Shown here: positions 12,546 to 24,150 of the stretch, in pieces
Layout of the letters: each line of letters begins with the position of its first letter
Numbering within the stretch: position 1 is the first letter of the stretch
Origin: Lama glama
Taxonomy: Eukaryota
Assembly (NCBI GenBank): GCA_028534125.1
Contig: CM052817.1
Location: 33,482,001-33,546,000, forward strand
Reading direction: 5' to 3'
Length of the DNA stretch: 64,000 nt
Notes under the pieces: model-generated
What the model was told of the DNA's origin: nothing
What the model saw: the letters and a program-made list of their open reading frames with translations, nothing else
The model's database searches: none
Position numbers and translations under genes: made by a program

Positions 12546-14184
12546 AGCTTCCAAAACATCGTTAACCCGGAGTCTCAATCCACAGTTAAAACTGTTGACC
12601 TGCAGAATAAACCATTTCCCTACCAGCCCCCTTGCCAGCCCCACCCAGCTGACTCATCAAGAAACTGAAAAGGCAGCATCACTAGAGATGGTTGCAAAAA
12701 CATGGGAAATCTTGGCTGGCAGGAGCCACCTTGTTCTTCAAGCCTCCAGGCCGAGCCTTCAAGCTCTGGGGGATTAGGTAATCTTTGGCGAACGTGGGAT
12801 TCCCCTCCTCCCCTGGTTGCCAGGATTCACAGGAACCTCTCCAGCTCTGGTGTTTCTTGTGCATTTGCTGGGCTCCCAAGACACTTTCTTGGAGTTCCTG
12901 TTTTCTAGCCAGTGACAGGAGTGAATTTAAGGCTAATTCATTTATCAGGCAATATAGCCTTAAATTTGTCTATCAACCCGCTTTTCTCTCTCCATTAGGT
13001 ATTCGGCACTGGGCAAAAGTCTGAGGTCTTGTCCATCCTGGCCCAGAAGGTCCCATGCCCCAGGAGCATTCCAAAAAGCTCTGGGAAAAAGTGACTGCTG
13101 CATGACCTTCTTCAGCTTAGTTTTGTGGCCAGATCTGGATAACATCCAAGATCTATAACTGATCTCCTCCTCTTCTTTTTTGGATGCCATCAAGCCAGGG
13201 GTGTTTAGGAATGTGTTAATAATTCCCAGGAGAAATTGGCCAGGATTACCTCGTCATGACTAATGAAGCTGTCATCCACCCTTCCTTCCCGCTGCTTAAT
13301 AATGCCTTCTGAGGAGTGCTTTATGAAGATGGATCGTATGGTAATGCTGCACCCCAGAAACTGGCACAATGTCAATGGAAACATAGGCCAGCTTATTCTG
13401 CATGCCACTCCATTTTTCATTATACTTCACAATAACTTGTTATTAAATGAAAATGAATTCGCCATTAGGGACGAGGTACTCTTTAATAACTGTTCAGCAA
13501 TGTTTCATGATTCCTTTTTTTGAGGGGTGGGTAACTAGCGCAGCTGTCACGTGAGTAAATCTCATTCTGGATAAGGTGAGGCTGGATCTTCTAGAACAAT
13601 CTGAAATATTTCATGGAAATTGATCATTAACACTTTTGGGTTGAAGCTTGGTTTGCAAGATTCTGACTTTGAATTGGCCATCTTAAAAACAGAAAGCATG
13701 AGGCAGAATCACCTTAAGTACTCCCAGAAAATGACAGAATGGGGCTAGGACGGGGTGTTTCTGGGCAAGCACAATGGCTTTCAGCGTAGAGGGCAAGGAG
13801 GCTTTCTGGAGAGCACCCCTCCCAGCCGCCCTTTCCAAAGAGCATGTTTCAGTCAGGATAGTCGGTGTTATTTTCCAATACCAAACTCCCCTGATTTATT
13901 TATCAGTGGCTTAAAAATGACAAATGTCTGTCTCTTGCTTGTACTGCTGTGTATCTGTCATGAGTTACCTTGGAAAATACACGATGAAGCCCCCACCATC
14001 TGCAATGGCAGCAGAGAGGAAAAAGAGCCTTGGAGGGTCTCAAAACAGCAATGAAGAGCTTGACCTTGAACTCATCACCTGGCCCTAACCAACACCAAGG
14101 AGTGGGGGGAACTAAGAATTACAACCTGACTATGTGCTCAAAAGGCAGAAACAGCGTATCTGATGATCAGCCGTCGTAAGTACT

Positions 14185-14355
14185 AATGTGGGATCAAAAT
14201 GAGGATGCATTCAATCACCTGAAGGCCTGAACAGAACGGAGGTAAGAGAATTCTTCCTGCCTGGTGGTCTTGGAACCAGGGCATCGCCTTTCACCCTGTG
14301 GTCAAACTCCAACAGAAATGTTAGCTTTTTCCTGGGTCTCGAGCCACTCCTGCTA
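14185..14355 (+). mobile_element. ERVL LTR fragment (MLT2-like)
   Basis: caatcacctgaaggcctgaacagaac...gagaattcttcctgcctg...cctgggtctcgagcc. Confidence 0.55.
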
Positions 14356-14491
14356 AAGATGAAAACGTGCACATTCTTTGACCAGCCCCTCCACTTCCAG
14401 GCCAGGAAGTGCCTAGTGCTGAGCGCAGTGCCTGGTGGACGGAGTAGAAGATGGCAGTTAGGAATGTGCGATTTAAAGTTACAATAGCCCA

Positions 14492-14987
14492 TAGATACAC
14501 AACGCAATACTACCTAGCCATAAAGAAGGAGAAAATAATGTCATTTGCAGCAAGAGGGATGGACCTGGAGGTTATCATACTAAGTGAGGTGAGCCAGAAA
14601 GAGAAAGAAAAATACCAGATGACATCATTTATATGTGGAATCTAAAAAAAAAGAGAACATAGATGAACTTATTTGCAAAACAGAGACAGACTCTCACAGA
14701 CATACAAAACAAACTTGTGATTACCGGGGGGAAAGGGAGAGGTGGTGGGATAAATTGGGAGCTCAGGATTTGTAGATATTAACTACTATATGTAAAATAA
14801 ACAACGAGGTCCTACTGTATAACAGGAAACTATATTCAATACCTTGTAATGGCCTATAATGAAAAAGAACATGAAAAGGAATTATGTATATATGTTGCAT
14901 GTATATAACTGAATCACTATGTTGTACACCAGAAACTAACACAACATTGTAAATTGATGATACTTCAATAAAACAAATAAATAAATG
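14492..14987 (+). mobile_element. 5'-truncated L1 3' end with a perfect 16-bp TSD
   Basis: aagttacaatagccca at 14476-14491 and 14988-15003; tttaaag at the left junction resembles an L1 endonuclease site; L1 3' UTR and A-rich tail present. Confidence 0.95.
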
Positions 14988-15004
14988 AAGTTACAATAGC
15001 CCAG

Positions 15005-15185
15005 ACCCATCACTTACTCACAGCTTGACTTTGGGCAAGGAACTCAATCCAACCTCAGTTTCTTCATCTGTGAAATGAATGGTAACGCCTCACTGCATTG
15101 CCATGAGGATTAAGTAGGATAATTTATGTACTGCCCAGTGCCTGGCATGCGGTAAGCCTTCCGTAAACGGAGGCACCTGCTTGTT
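15005..15185 (+). mobile_element. MIR SINE
   Basis: tgactttgggcaagg...cctcagtttcttcatctgtgaaatg...gaggattaag...cagtgcctggca. Confidence 0.75.
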
Positions 15186-16663
15186 ATGACCCTCAAGGCT
15201 GGCTGGGCTCCTCGCTGCACAGGGTGGAAGGGCCTCTGCCTGAGCTCTGAGGACAGCGAGTGGGAAGGAAGTTTCCGTCATCTGAATCATGGCATCTACG
15301 TCCATGACGCCTTGCACTTTTTAGTGATGGTAAGTAGCCTTTATGTACCTCAAAAAATTGTGGGACGCCCCCCAAACATGAGAAAAATCATATATTTTAA
15401 AATCCTTGATTGAAAAACATATGAAACCAGAGGGTGCCATTCTCTCCGTTCAGTCACACTCTGAATGTGTTTTACTGGCCTCAATGGTATTGACCTACAC
15501 CTTGAAAAGAGTAGGGCCTTTGATGTGTGAGACAGAGACTTTACCCAACCTAGAGACAATGCTAGGTGGACATCTGGGTTCAAGACCCCACTTGGGGACT
15601 TAACTCCAGGGCCATTCAGGGATTTGAGGCCTAGTGGGATGAAAACAGCCACTTGGCTAAGTAATTGTGCAAGTCAGAGGAGACGCCCACCTGTTCCTCC
15701 ATGGGAGCTCGAAGTCATACTTCCCTCCCCTGTTCCTGCGCTGCAGCCCTGCCCAGGCAGGTGCATGCCGACCTGAGACTTCCCTCGGCCATCTCCTTCC
15801 CTTTGAGGGGCTGTCCCCCACCATGAGTGTCACTCATTTGCTCAGCTCTTGTATGTACTGCAGTATGAATACATGACTACTCATTATCACCTCATTCTCA
15901 AAACTATTTCTGAGTGCATTTGCCAGAATGATTAAAAACTGAAGGAGACACACGCTAGCTGAAGTTGGAGGACTAGACATCTGGTCATTTCCACAGGAAA
16001 GGACTGTCGTGAGGCTGAATGGTCAGAGCTCTGATTCTGGCTGTGTCCCAAATCCCAGGGGGGCCCATCTGGAGAGAGGCTGTGGTCCTCGGTGCCCGTG
16101 AGACTTGAATTCCATCATCTCCCAGGGACGATTTCCTCACTGGTAGAAGGGACTACTTGGAGGAGGGAAGACAAATCCAGCAGCAGCTCAGCCCCACGTG
16201 TGAGCTGGTTGCCTCTTCTAGACCCTAAGGCAAAACTGGCTTTTCAGTGGCTCTGAAGGAATTCGCTTCAAGAATCTGACATCTATGACAGGAGGTTGAG
16301 AAGTCATCTGCCCCACACCCTCGACATGCAGCCACATCAATCACAAAGACCACAGATGCTCCAAACATGTAAAAGGTGTGGAGCCCAAAGTGACAGATTA
16401 CAGAGATCCTCATCTGTGTGACACGTGAAAACCAGCAGGAAGAAACTACTCTTTCGGCCGTCACTCATTCATTCAGTCATTCAGTCAAACAGTTACCAAA
16501 CCTCTAGGACACAGGGTAGGTGAAACGTTTTCCTTTGGAATAAGTAAAGTAGTTAGTTCCCCACACTGGCTAGTTCTACAGTGCCCTCCTAGGAACCGTT
16601 CCCAGAGGCCAGCCTATGGCCACTCCTCCAGCCCTCCTGGCAATGCTGTAACACCCGGTTCCC

Positions 16664-16870
16664 AACTAACTACTATATATAGAATAGATAAAACAAGTTT
16701 ATACTGTATCGCACAGGAAACCATATTCAATATCTTGTAGTAACCTGTGGTGAAGAAGAATATGAGAACGAATATACGGATGTTCCTCTGTGACAAGTGT
16801 TGTGCTGCACACCAGAAATTGACACAGCATTGTAAACTGACTGTACTTCAATAAAAATATATTTTAAAAA
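16664..16870 (+). mobile_element. Short L1 3' UTR fragment, apparently inserted in an older ERVL-type LTR
   Basis: ctactatatatagaatagataa...caccagaaattgacacagcattgtaaactgactgtacttcaataaa. The right flank aaatccctttctgcttaaa resembles an LTR 3' end. Confidence 0.8.
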
Positions 16871-18089
16871 ATCCCTTTCTGCTTAAACCACCAAAAGTGG
16901 TCTCTATTATCTGCACTTAAACTTGGATTATATAAGCAGTGTAATCTTCCTTTTCTCATGTGCCCCCCATCAGCTAAATAGGAGAAGCCATACAGTATGA
17001 TGGCCCAGGCACTGAATTTGGATCAGGTGACGTGGGTTCTAGTCCCACCCTTTTACTGAACAGCTACATGACTCTGAGCAAGTTCCTTTATACTTCCGAG
17101 TCTCAGTGTTTTTTATCTTTGATATGAGGAACTATAGTGTCATGTCTGGCTCTAATATCCTATGATTATCATCAACCCAGAAGAATATTAAGCACCCATG
17201 ATGCAGAAACTAGCAAGGCTCTTGCCTCAGTCTTGAATTTTCCTTGGTTTAACTCATTTGGCAGAATGCTCTGTGCTGGGGCTGGGATCCAGACCCATCC
17301 AGAGACTTGAACCATCGGAGCAGCACACTGAGGGTGGAGAGGGTACAATACCTATGGGTTGTTAGCTGCATTTGGAAGCAGCTGAGCAGGCAAGCTGGGG
17401 GTTAGGGAGCCTGGGGCTGCTAGAGATCAGGCCAACCAAAAGGTCAGGAAACTGGAAAATCAGGACAGGACCACGGAGAATTCTGAGGGCAGAGGTCAGT
17501 CACAACGCAGGGACGGAAGCCAGGAAGTCTAGCCCAAAGCCAAGGAGTCCACGGTTCATTCATAAAGCTGTGGTCCAAGTGAGGAGACAAAGATGTCAGA
17601 GTGCAGATTGAGAAGTAAAAAGAGGATCTTCATCTACCCTCCACCTGCCTGTTCACATTCAACTCACTCAGCGGCTCAGAGTGTGGAAGCTCAGAAATTG
17701 TTATTGCATCAGATCGACTGAAACCTGGTCTTGGAACAGATGTTTCCAGCCCCAGTGATAAGCAGGAAGTGCTTTCATAAGTGAGAAAATCAGTGGCATT
17801 TGGGGAGAATGGTTCTGGCTGACTGAGGACAAAGTATTGAGCAAGTCAGTTGAATTCTGGCAAATTGTCGAGGGAGGAGGGGAGTGGAGGGGGGAGGGTG
17901 GGAAGAGAGCTGGACAGGGTGGCACTCTGGCCATGGAAAGGCGGACTTCCAGTGTCCCACCACCCTCCAGGGAGAATGAACACAGACTCTAATGTTAGAG
18001 TTTGCCTTAATAGTTTGCTGTCTCTGTGTTTACAGTTCTTTTTCAACCCTTCTAGCCCATAAATACTGCCTTTTCTGGATCTGTTCTCA

Positions 18090-18352
18090 CATAAAAACAG
18101 AGTTATGGTTACCCCTGGGGCATGGTGGGTAGGGATAAACTGGGAGTTTGGGATTAGCAGATACAAACTACTATGTACAGCACAGATAAACAACAAGGTC
18201 CTACTGTATAGCACAGGGAACTCTAGTCAATGGATTGTAGTAACCTGTACTGTTTCTGAGTATGAAAAAGAATATGCATAACTGAATCACTGTGCTGTAC
18301 ACCAGACACTAATGCATTGTAAATCAACTATACATCAATAAAATAAAAACAA
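18090..18352 (+). mobile_element. Short L1 3' UTR fragment
   Basis: Same 3' UTR as the 11.2-kb and 14.5-kb copies (gggattagcagatacaaactact...aactgaatcact..gctgtacaccag). Confidence 0.9.
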
Positions 18353-18564
18353 CAGGAGGAAGAAAATCTGCTCTCAGATAGGTGTTTCCCAGCAAGGAAA
18401 CTGATAAACAAGTTCATAAGACACAAATAATTCAAATGACCATTTGTTTCCCTCCTCAGAGGTCGTTGCCTTTTTAGAAACAGACTAATAACGATGAATT
18501 TACACACCAGGGAAGCACTGTGGAACAGGGCCCAGGGTAATGAGATCTCACCCTGAAGGATATA

Positions 18565-19368
18565 TAGTTGATCTTCATTATTCGTGGATCCTGTATTTGT
18601 GACCTCACCTGCCTACTAAAATTCATTTGTTACCCCAAAACCAACACTTGGTGGGAATTTTGCAGTCATTCACAAACGTGTGGAGTGGTGAAAAATTTGA
18701 GCCCCACCCAGAGCATCATTAAACAAGGTGCTGCCTTCCTGTTTCAGCTCTCAGACTATCTCCAAGTGTCCTTTCCATGGTCTATATAGTTCCATGGTTT
18801 TTTTAATGTTCTTTTTTTTTTAATTTATCTTTTAAGACATATTTTACTTATCATTTGTTTTGGGGGTAATTAGGCTTCTTTATTTGCTTATTTATTTTAA
18901 TAGAGGTCCAAGGGATTGAACCCAGGACGCCGTGCATGCTAAGCATGCACTCTACCACTGAGCTGTGCCCTCCCTCTGTGTAGTTCTGTGTTGTTTGCAC
19001 TCATGTGCTTTCTTGATGATCTCACGGCTTACTGGCCCCCAAACTGTTTCTGAAGGGCTGTCTAGTGTTCCTGAGTGCAAGAAGGCTGTGACGTGCCTTA
19101 AGGAGAAAATACGTGTGTTGGAGAAGTTTCCTTCAGGCACAAGTCATTGTGCTGTAGGTCATGAGTTCAATGTGAATCAATCAACTATGTATGTACTAAA
19201 TATGGTAATATACATGGAAATGGAAACACACATGAGACAAGGTTATGTACTGACTGACTGATGAAAATGTTGTTGTGACCAGAGGCTTGAAGGAAGCTAA
19301 CTCTGTATTTCCCCTGGAGCTCAGAGACTTTCTAGAGCATAACTACCGTGAAAAACGAGAGTGGGCTA
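18565..19368. mobile_element. TcMar-Tigger MITE (MER82-like), TA-flanked, interrupted by a SINE
   Basis: Degenerate TIRs ta|tagttgatcttcattattcgtgg and ccgtgaaaaacgagagtgggcta|ta; internal gtctagtgttcctgagtgcaagaaggctgtgacgtgcctta. Confidence 0.75.
18812..18974 (-). mobile_element. tRNA-Ala-derived SINE (camelid vic-1 type)
   Basis: Reverse complement GGGAGGGCACAGCTCAGTGGTAGAGTGCATGCTTAGCATGCACGGCGTCCTGGGTTCAATCCC with A/B boxes, followed by an A-rich tail. Confidence 0.85.
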
Positions 19369-20425
19369 TACTTGGTCCGTCTCCAAACACTTCTGCACCC
19401 TGACAATGTTACCAGGAAATGTGTCCAGGGACCTCCTGCACGATTGTTGCAAAGAACCATAATGAAAATATTTGGGAACATTTTTCAAGATCTTTACTTC
19501 TTAACCTTTTCCCAGGAATGGCCTGAAGTTTTCCTTGACAAGCCATGACTGTGATGGCCCATTGAGGATTGGATGTGCTGTTCCAGAAACTGAGATGAAA
19601 AGAAACTCTGTGGTAAAAATTTAAATTAAAATTTAAAAAATTTTAATTAATTTTTTTAAAAAGCTCTGTAGTAATTCTGCATGAATTTCTTTTTACTATC
19701 CTACAGATTTGGGGGATCCCTGCTCCTAACAGACTCTTGATGTGAGTGTAAAACTTTTGAAAGAGACTCCTAAGTGATAAATGGTTTCACTAGAAAGTCT
19801 TCACGGAGACTGTCCACATGGAATCCTAAGCAGAAAGCTGGGCAGAGACGGGGAGACAGAGGCTTACAAGGGAGCCCTCTCTCCCCCTCTATGGGAGATG
19901 GCAGAGGGTCCTATTTAGTCACCAACAGAGGGAAATCTCTACTTGGCACTTAGTCTGTTTCTGACCTTTCCAGAACTATCCTGCCTGGAACGGAGCTTGG
20001 TAACACTCCAAAAAGAAAAGACATGAGGAGGCTGCTGCTAACATAGGTGCCTGCTAAAGGTGCTTAATCCCCAGAGCACACTGCCGAAGACAAGAAGCCC
20101 CTGTTTTTAAGCAGTGACACCAGGTAATTCACTTCCAAAGTTGTTTAAGCGTATTGGGAGGATTTGAGGAGCTCAAATGTTAGCTAAAAGTTGTGCTCTC
20201 CCAGAAGGAAAGGCATTTTGAGGCGACAGGGAATCTCTTTTTCCCTGCATTTCTCTTTCAGTTAAGTTGTGGTGAATTTCTTCTTTTTGCATTTAAATGC
20301 ATGGGATAAAAAAGAGGCTTCCTCCCCATGGTTCTCTGCTCCACCGCCACCCCACCTCCAAATTTCTGAGCCTGCACCCCAGACACACGTTTCTCACAGA
20401 GATGAACTGAAAGACCTCTCAGTGC

Positions 20426-20490
20426 AGCCCAGCCCAGCCCGGCCCGGCCCGGCCCGGCCCGGCCCAGCCCAGCCCAGCCCAGCCCAGCCC
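20426..20490 (+). repeat. Compound pentanucleotide repeat (AGCCC)3(GGCCC)5(AGCCC)5
   Basis: Read directly; it sits in a CpG-rich patch at ~20420-20640. Confidence 0.95.
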
Positions 20491-22851
20491 GTCCCGCCCG
20501 GCACAGCCCAGGGGCCTGGCCGCCCGGCCTCCCTCGGGGCCCGCGCAGGCCGCGCGTGTGGCCTGGTCCAGGGAGGAATTTGTAACCGAGGACTGGGGTC
20601 AAACGCCTTCCGCTTTTCTACTTACTGACACGCTTTCTCACAAAGGGGTCGAGAGTTGGGGCCTCACAAATGCATCCTCTGAGATGAGCTGCTAGAAATG
20701 TTTTCTTAACAAGAGTCCTTTTCTTTTCCCTGGAGACACTGAGAGTTTGAACCACAGACCTTTCAATCCCTCGGCAGAAGCTGTAAACCACAAATGTGCT
20801 CCATGTTGAAAAGACGTGCAAGTGACGGCCCTTTGGTCTTCGCCTCAGCCGACGGCTTGGGCAGTCTGCCCACGCTGCTGGGGAGAGAAGAGGGACAGCT
20901 TCCTCTGCCACCAGGGAGCCATCAGGACTCCATCAGCTCGAGCCTGCCGTCCGCACTCAGAAGGCTTGCCTAGGCCCTCGGCCCGGCCACAGCAGGCCTT
21001 CCTCTCTCCCCCTGATGCCCACCGGCCTGCTCCTGTGACGCCTCCTCTCTCTCAGGAGCCTGTCAGAGAAGTATCGTTTGGCCTGTTGCTGTGACTCACC
21101 AAAAAACCCAGCTGCCGCTCCACAGGGACACGGGGGAGCCAGCACAGCTATAAAGCAACGGGCGCACCAGGAGGGCTGCACGCTTGTGTGTGACTCCAGA
21201 GCCAACAGGTGTCCACTCGGGAAGATTTATCACCATTCAGTTTCCTTCCTTCTTTTCTTTTTAAATGGCTTTTGCAAATATTTTTTTAGCAGGTATTAAA
21301 ATGTACTCTGTGCATGTGTGCGTGCGTGTGTGTATCTCGAGGTTGGGGTTTATTCTGGAAAAGAGAAAAGCCTGGAGAGAGTGTGGGAGGCTGGGTGGAG
21401 GGAAGGTGAAGCCAGGTGCTCGGCTGAGCAGGTGAGGACAATTCCTGTCCCCCGGGGGCAGCTTCCTTCTGATTGGCTCTGGCAGGAGAGGGAAAAGGGT
21501 CCCAAAGTAGGTGAAGTAGAGGGCACAAGGACAGCACAGGTCCCGGGTCAGCGTCGCAAACTCTGTGTTGCTGGATCTGAAGCACCAACCGGGGGCCTTC
21601 TCCCCACTCCCGGGCCTCCGTGTTGCCTGTTCCCCACTTTGCTCTTGCCCTACCTGCCCTCTGCTCCTCGCACATCCAGGACAGGCTGCAGGCGCCTCTG
21701 ATGTCTCTTGACTGCAGATGTCTGGATGGTTGCAGGGAGTCCATGTGCAATGGACCATAGAGAACAGAGCAGAGGTCCGTGCAGTGGGGCCCACGTGTTT
21801 TCTCCTTGCTCCTGCTCAGCCTCCTGCCAACCTCAAGTCCTCCCCTCACAGTTTCTGTCTTAAACAGAATTTGTCTTCTCTTAAAAAATGCAATATCCCT
21901 AGGGTCGGGATAGCACTTTTTAAATTGTGCTTATGGAAATCATATTATGCAAACACTGAAGCAAAATATTTCACAAAGCCCATTTCTATCACTTTTCCAA
22001 TCAATTTAATTTTTCTAGAAATTTTGTCTGTTATCAAAGCAAGTCCTAAATGTCATAAAATATGTTTTTAAATAAAGCCATAAGAGGAAATCTCTCCCTA
22101 CGCACACCATTGCCCCTCATCTACTTTGCAGGAAGGGTAGCCACGGTTAGGAGTGTGTGCAGCGTCCTTCCAGGTGTTTCTCTATGTGTGCACGTGTGTG
22201 TGTACATGTGTGTTGTTTTTAAGAAAAATGCATTCCTCTTTACACAGTTCGGTGGTACAGGTATCCCCCCGCTTTTGAGTTCAGTTTATGCCACAGGTCT
22301 TTTACCAAAGACCTACATTAGTACCTATTTTCCATAACTGAAAGAAATCCAAGGAGGATTTTCACTTTCTCGAAAAAAGGTGAAAAGCACAAATAGCTGC
22401 AGTCAACGCTGGTTTCGCAGCAACGGTTACAGACGCCCCCACACCGAGCAGAGAGCGCAGTGCCGCCGGGCTCCTTCCCCAGATCTACCCCCAGCATCTC
22501 GGGGGTCCAGCCGCCAGAGCTTGGAACTGTGCGAGCATCAGGGCTTTATCGCGATTTATTTTGTGCCTCTGTTAGCAAAAAGTTTCCTTATGCCGTTTTA
22601 CCTTAGGAAAGGTTTCATAGGAATCTCTGCTTTCAAACAGTGGGGGAAACCTGTATTTGATTTTTTTCCATTCACTGCATTAGAAACCTCTTTCCAGGAC
22701 CAACTTTTTTCCATTCTATTAATATTACATGAAAAACCTTCAAAAGTTAAATTTTACTTAATATACATTTAACAGATCACCTTTGTTTGTGTTATTGTCC
22801 TGGTCTTTATCAAACAGAATAAAAGTACAAGAGGTCAGGGATTTTCTAGGG

Positions 22852-23060
22852 CAGTGTAGTCTATTTGCTGTTTCTGTTGTGCTGGAAATACTCCGTATCT
22901 GCTCTTTCCAATATGGTAGCCACTAGCCACTAGCTTAGTACTCTTGAAATAGGACTAGTGCTAGTGAGGAAATGAATGTTTAATTCCCTTAACTTGAATT
23001 ATTTAGATGCTAAATTAAATAGCTTCATGTGGCTGGCGGCTACTGTATTGACCAGCACAT
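22852..23060. mobile_element. hAT-Charlie MITE (MER3-like)
   Basis: tccaatatggtagccactagccac...atgtggctggcggctactgtattgaccagcaca; flanks ttctaggg and ttctagaa. Confidence 0.75.
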
Positions 23061-23119
23061 TTCTAGAAAATTTGAGATGAACCCATCATCTCCTCTTAGA
23101 GGAGATATAGGAAGAAATT

Positions 23120-23345
23120 TTGAAGCCAGACTTCCTGGATCTGAGCCCCAGTTTCTTTCACTTACCAGTGGTGTGACTTCGCACACGTCATTTAACGTCT
23201 CTGAGCCTCAGCCTGCTCATCTGTAAAATGATACAATCGCAGAAGTACCTTGTGGTGGTGGTATGAGTATTCAGTGCGTTAACACTAGTAAAGCAATTGA
23301 ACACACGGTGCTTGAGCACATAGTAAGAGCTCAATAAATATCAGT
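23120..23345 (+). mobile_element. MIR SINE
   Basis: ctctgagcctcag...ctcatctgtaaaatg...cacatagtaagagctcaataaat. Confidence 0.8.
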
Positions 23346-24062
23346 TATATCATTCTTCCCTAAGAGTAGGAATGGAAGGGAGGGAAAAAAAAACACTTGA
23401 AGAGGGGAGGAGACGGGAGAGAGGAACTTTTGGGTGAATAAATGGGGTGCTTATTCCCTCAGGATGGTGAGTCAGCAGTGCAAACAAACCGCAGGGCCTC
23501 TCAGTGTGCTTAGACCTGCCCTCAGCGATAGGGGAGGGAGCAAAAGTCTGGTCTGGAAAGTGAACTCCTTCAGCTGGTTCTTGAGTCCGTCCACCCCGCC
23601 CACCCCCCCCACCCCCTTCCCCAGGGCTCCTCCCGGGGGGAGCTGCTCCAGCCCAGTTTGAACGCCTCCGGGGGCCTTTCGAGACAAAGCCTGCTCCACG
23701 CCAGTGCCGGCCGCCCTGAGGCCTCGCCTCTGAGCCCAGGTGGCTGCACAGGCGAACACTGCCTGTGGGCAAACAGCAGGCACATTGTTCCCAGCCCCCG
23801 GGGCAATCCTGTCCTGCGGCTGTGTTAAGGCTAATTTCAGTAAAGGGCAGGAAAAAACAATCTAACTTTGTCGTGGAAGTGGGATCTCTCTTCTAGGGGA
23901 AAACAGAGTCTGTATAGTTGGAATAAATTGACAGATAGAAGCAGATTTTTTTTCTCTCAGGATAAGAGTTTACAGATTCTTATATGTGATGAGCTGCTTT
24001 TCTCTTAAATTAAGAAAAAAAAGTGATATTTTATGATTTTTTTTCTCTGTGAGTAAGCCAGC

Positions 24063-24150
24063 TGACTTCACTTAGTATGGTGACCTAATGGTCCATCCAT
24101 GTTGCTGCAAATGGCATTATTTCACCCTCTTTTTATGGCTGAATAGTATG
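24063..24150 (-). mobile_element. Small L1 fragment
   Basis: ttcacttagtat...gtccatccatgttgctgcaaatggcattatttc...tttttatggctgaatagta. Confidence 0.75.

Noticed and set aside
20258..21849. Overlapping ORFs on both strands (PARPG/PAQPS repeats, 177 aa, 187 aa)
   Set aside because: Explained by the pentanucleotide repeat and high GC; no homology recognised.
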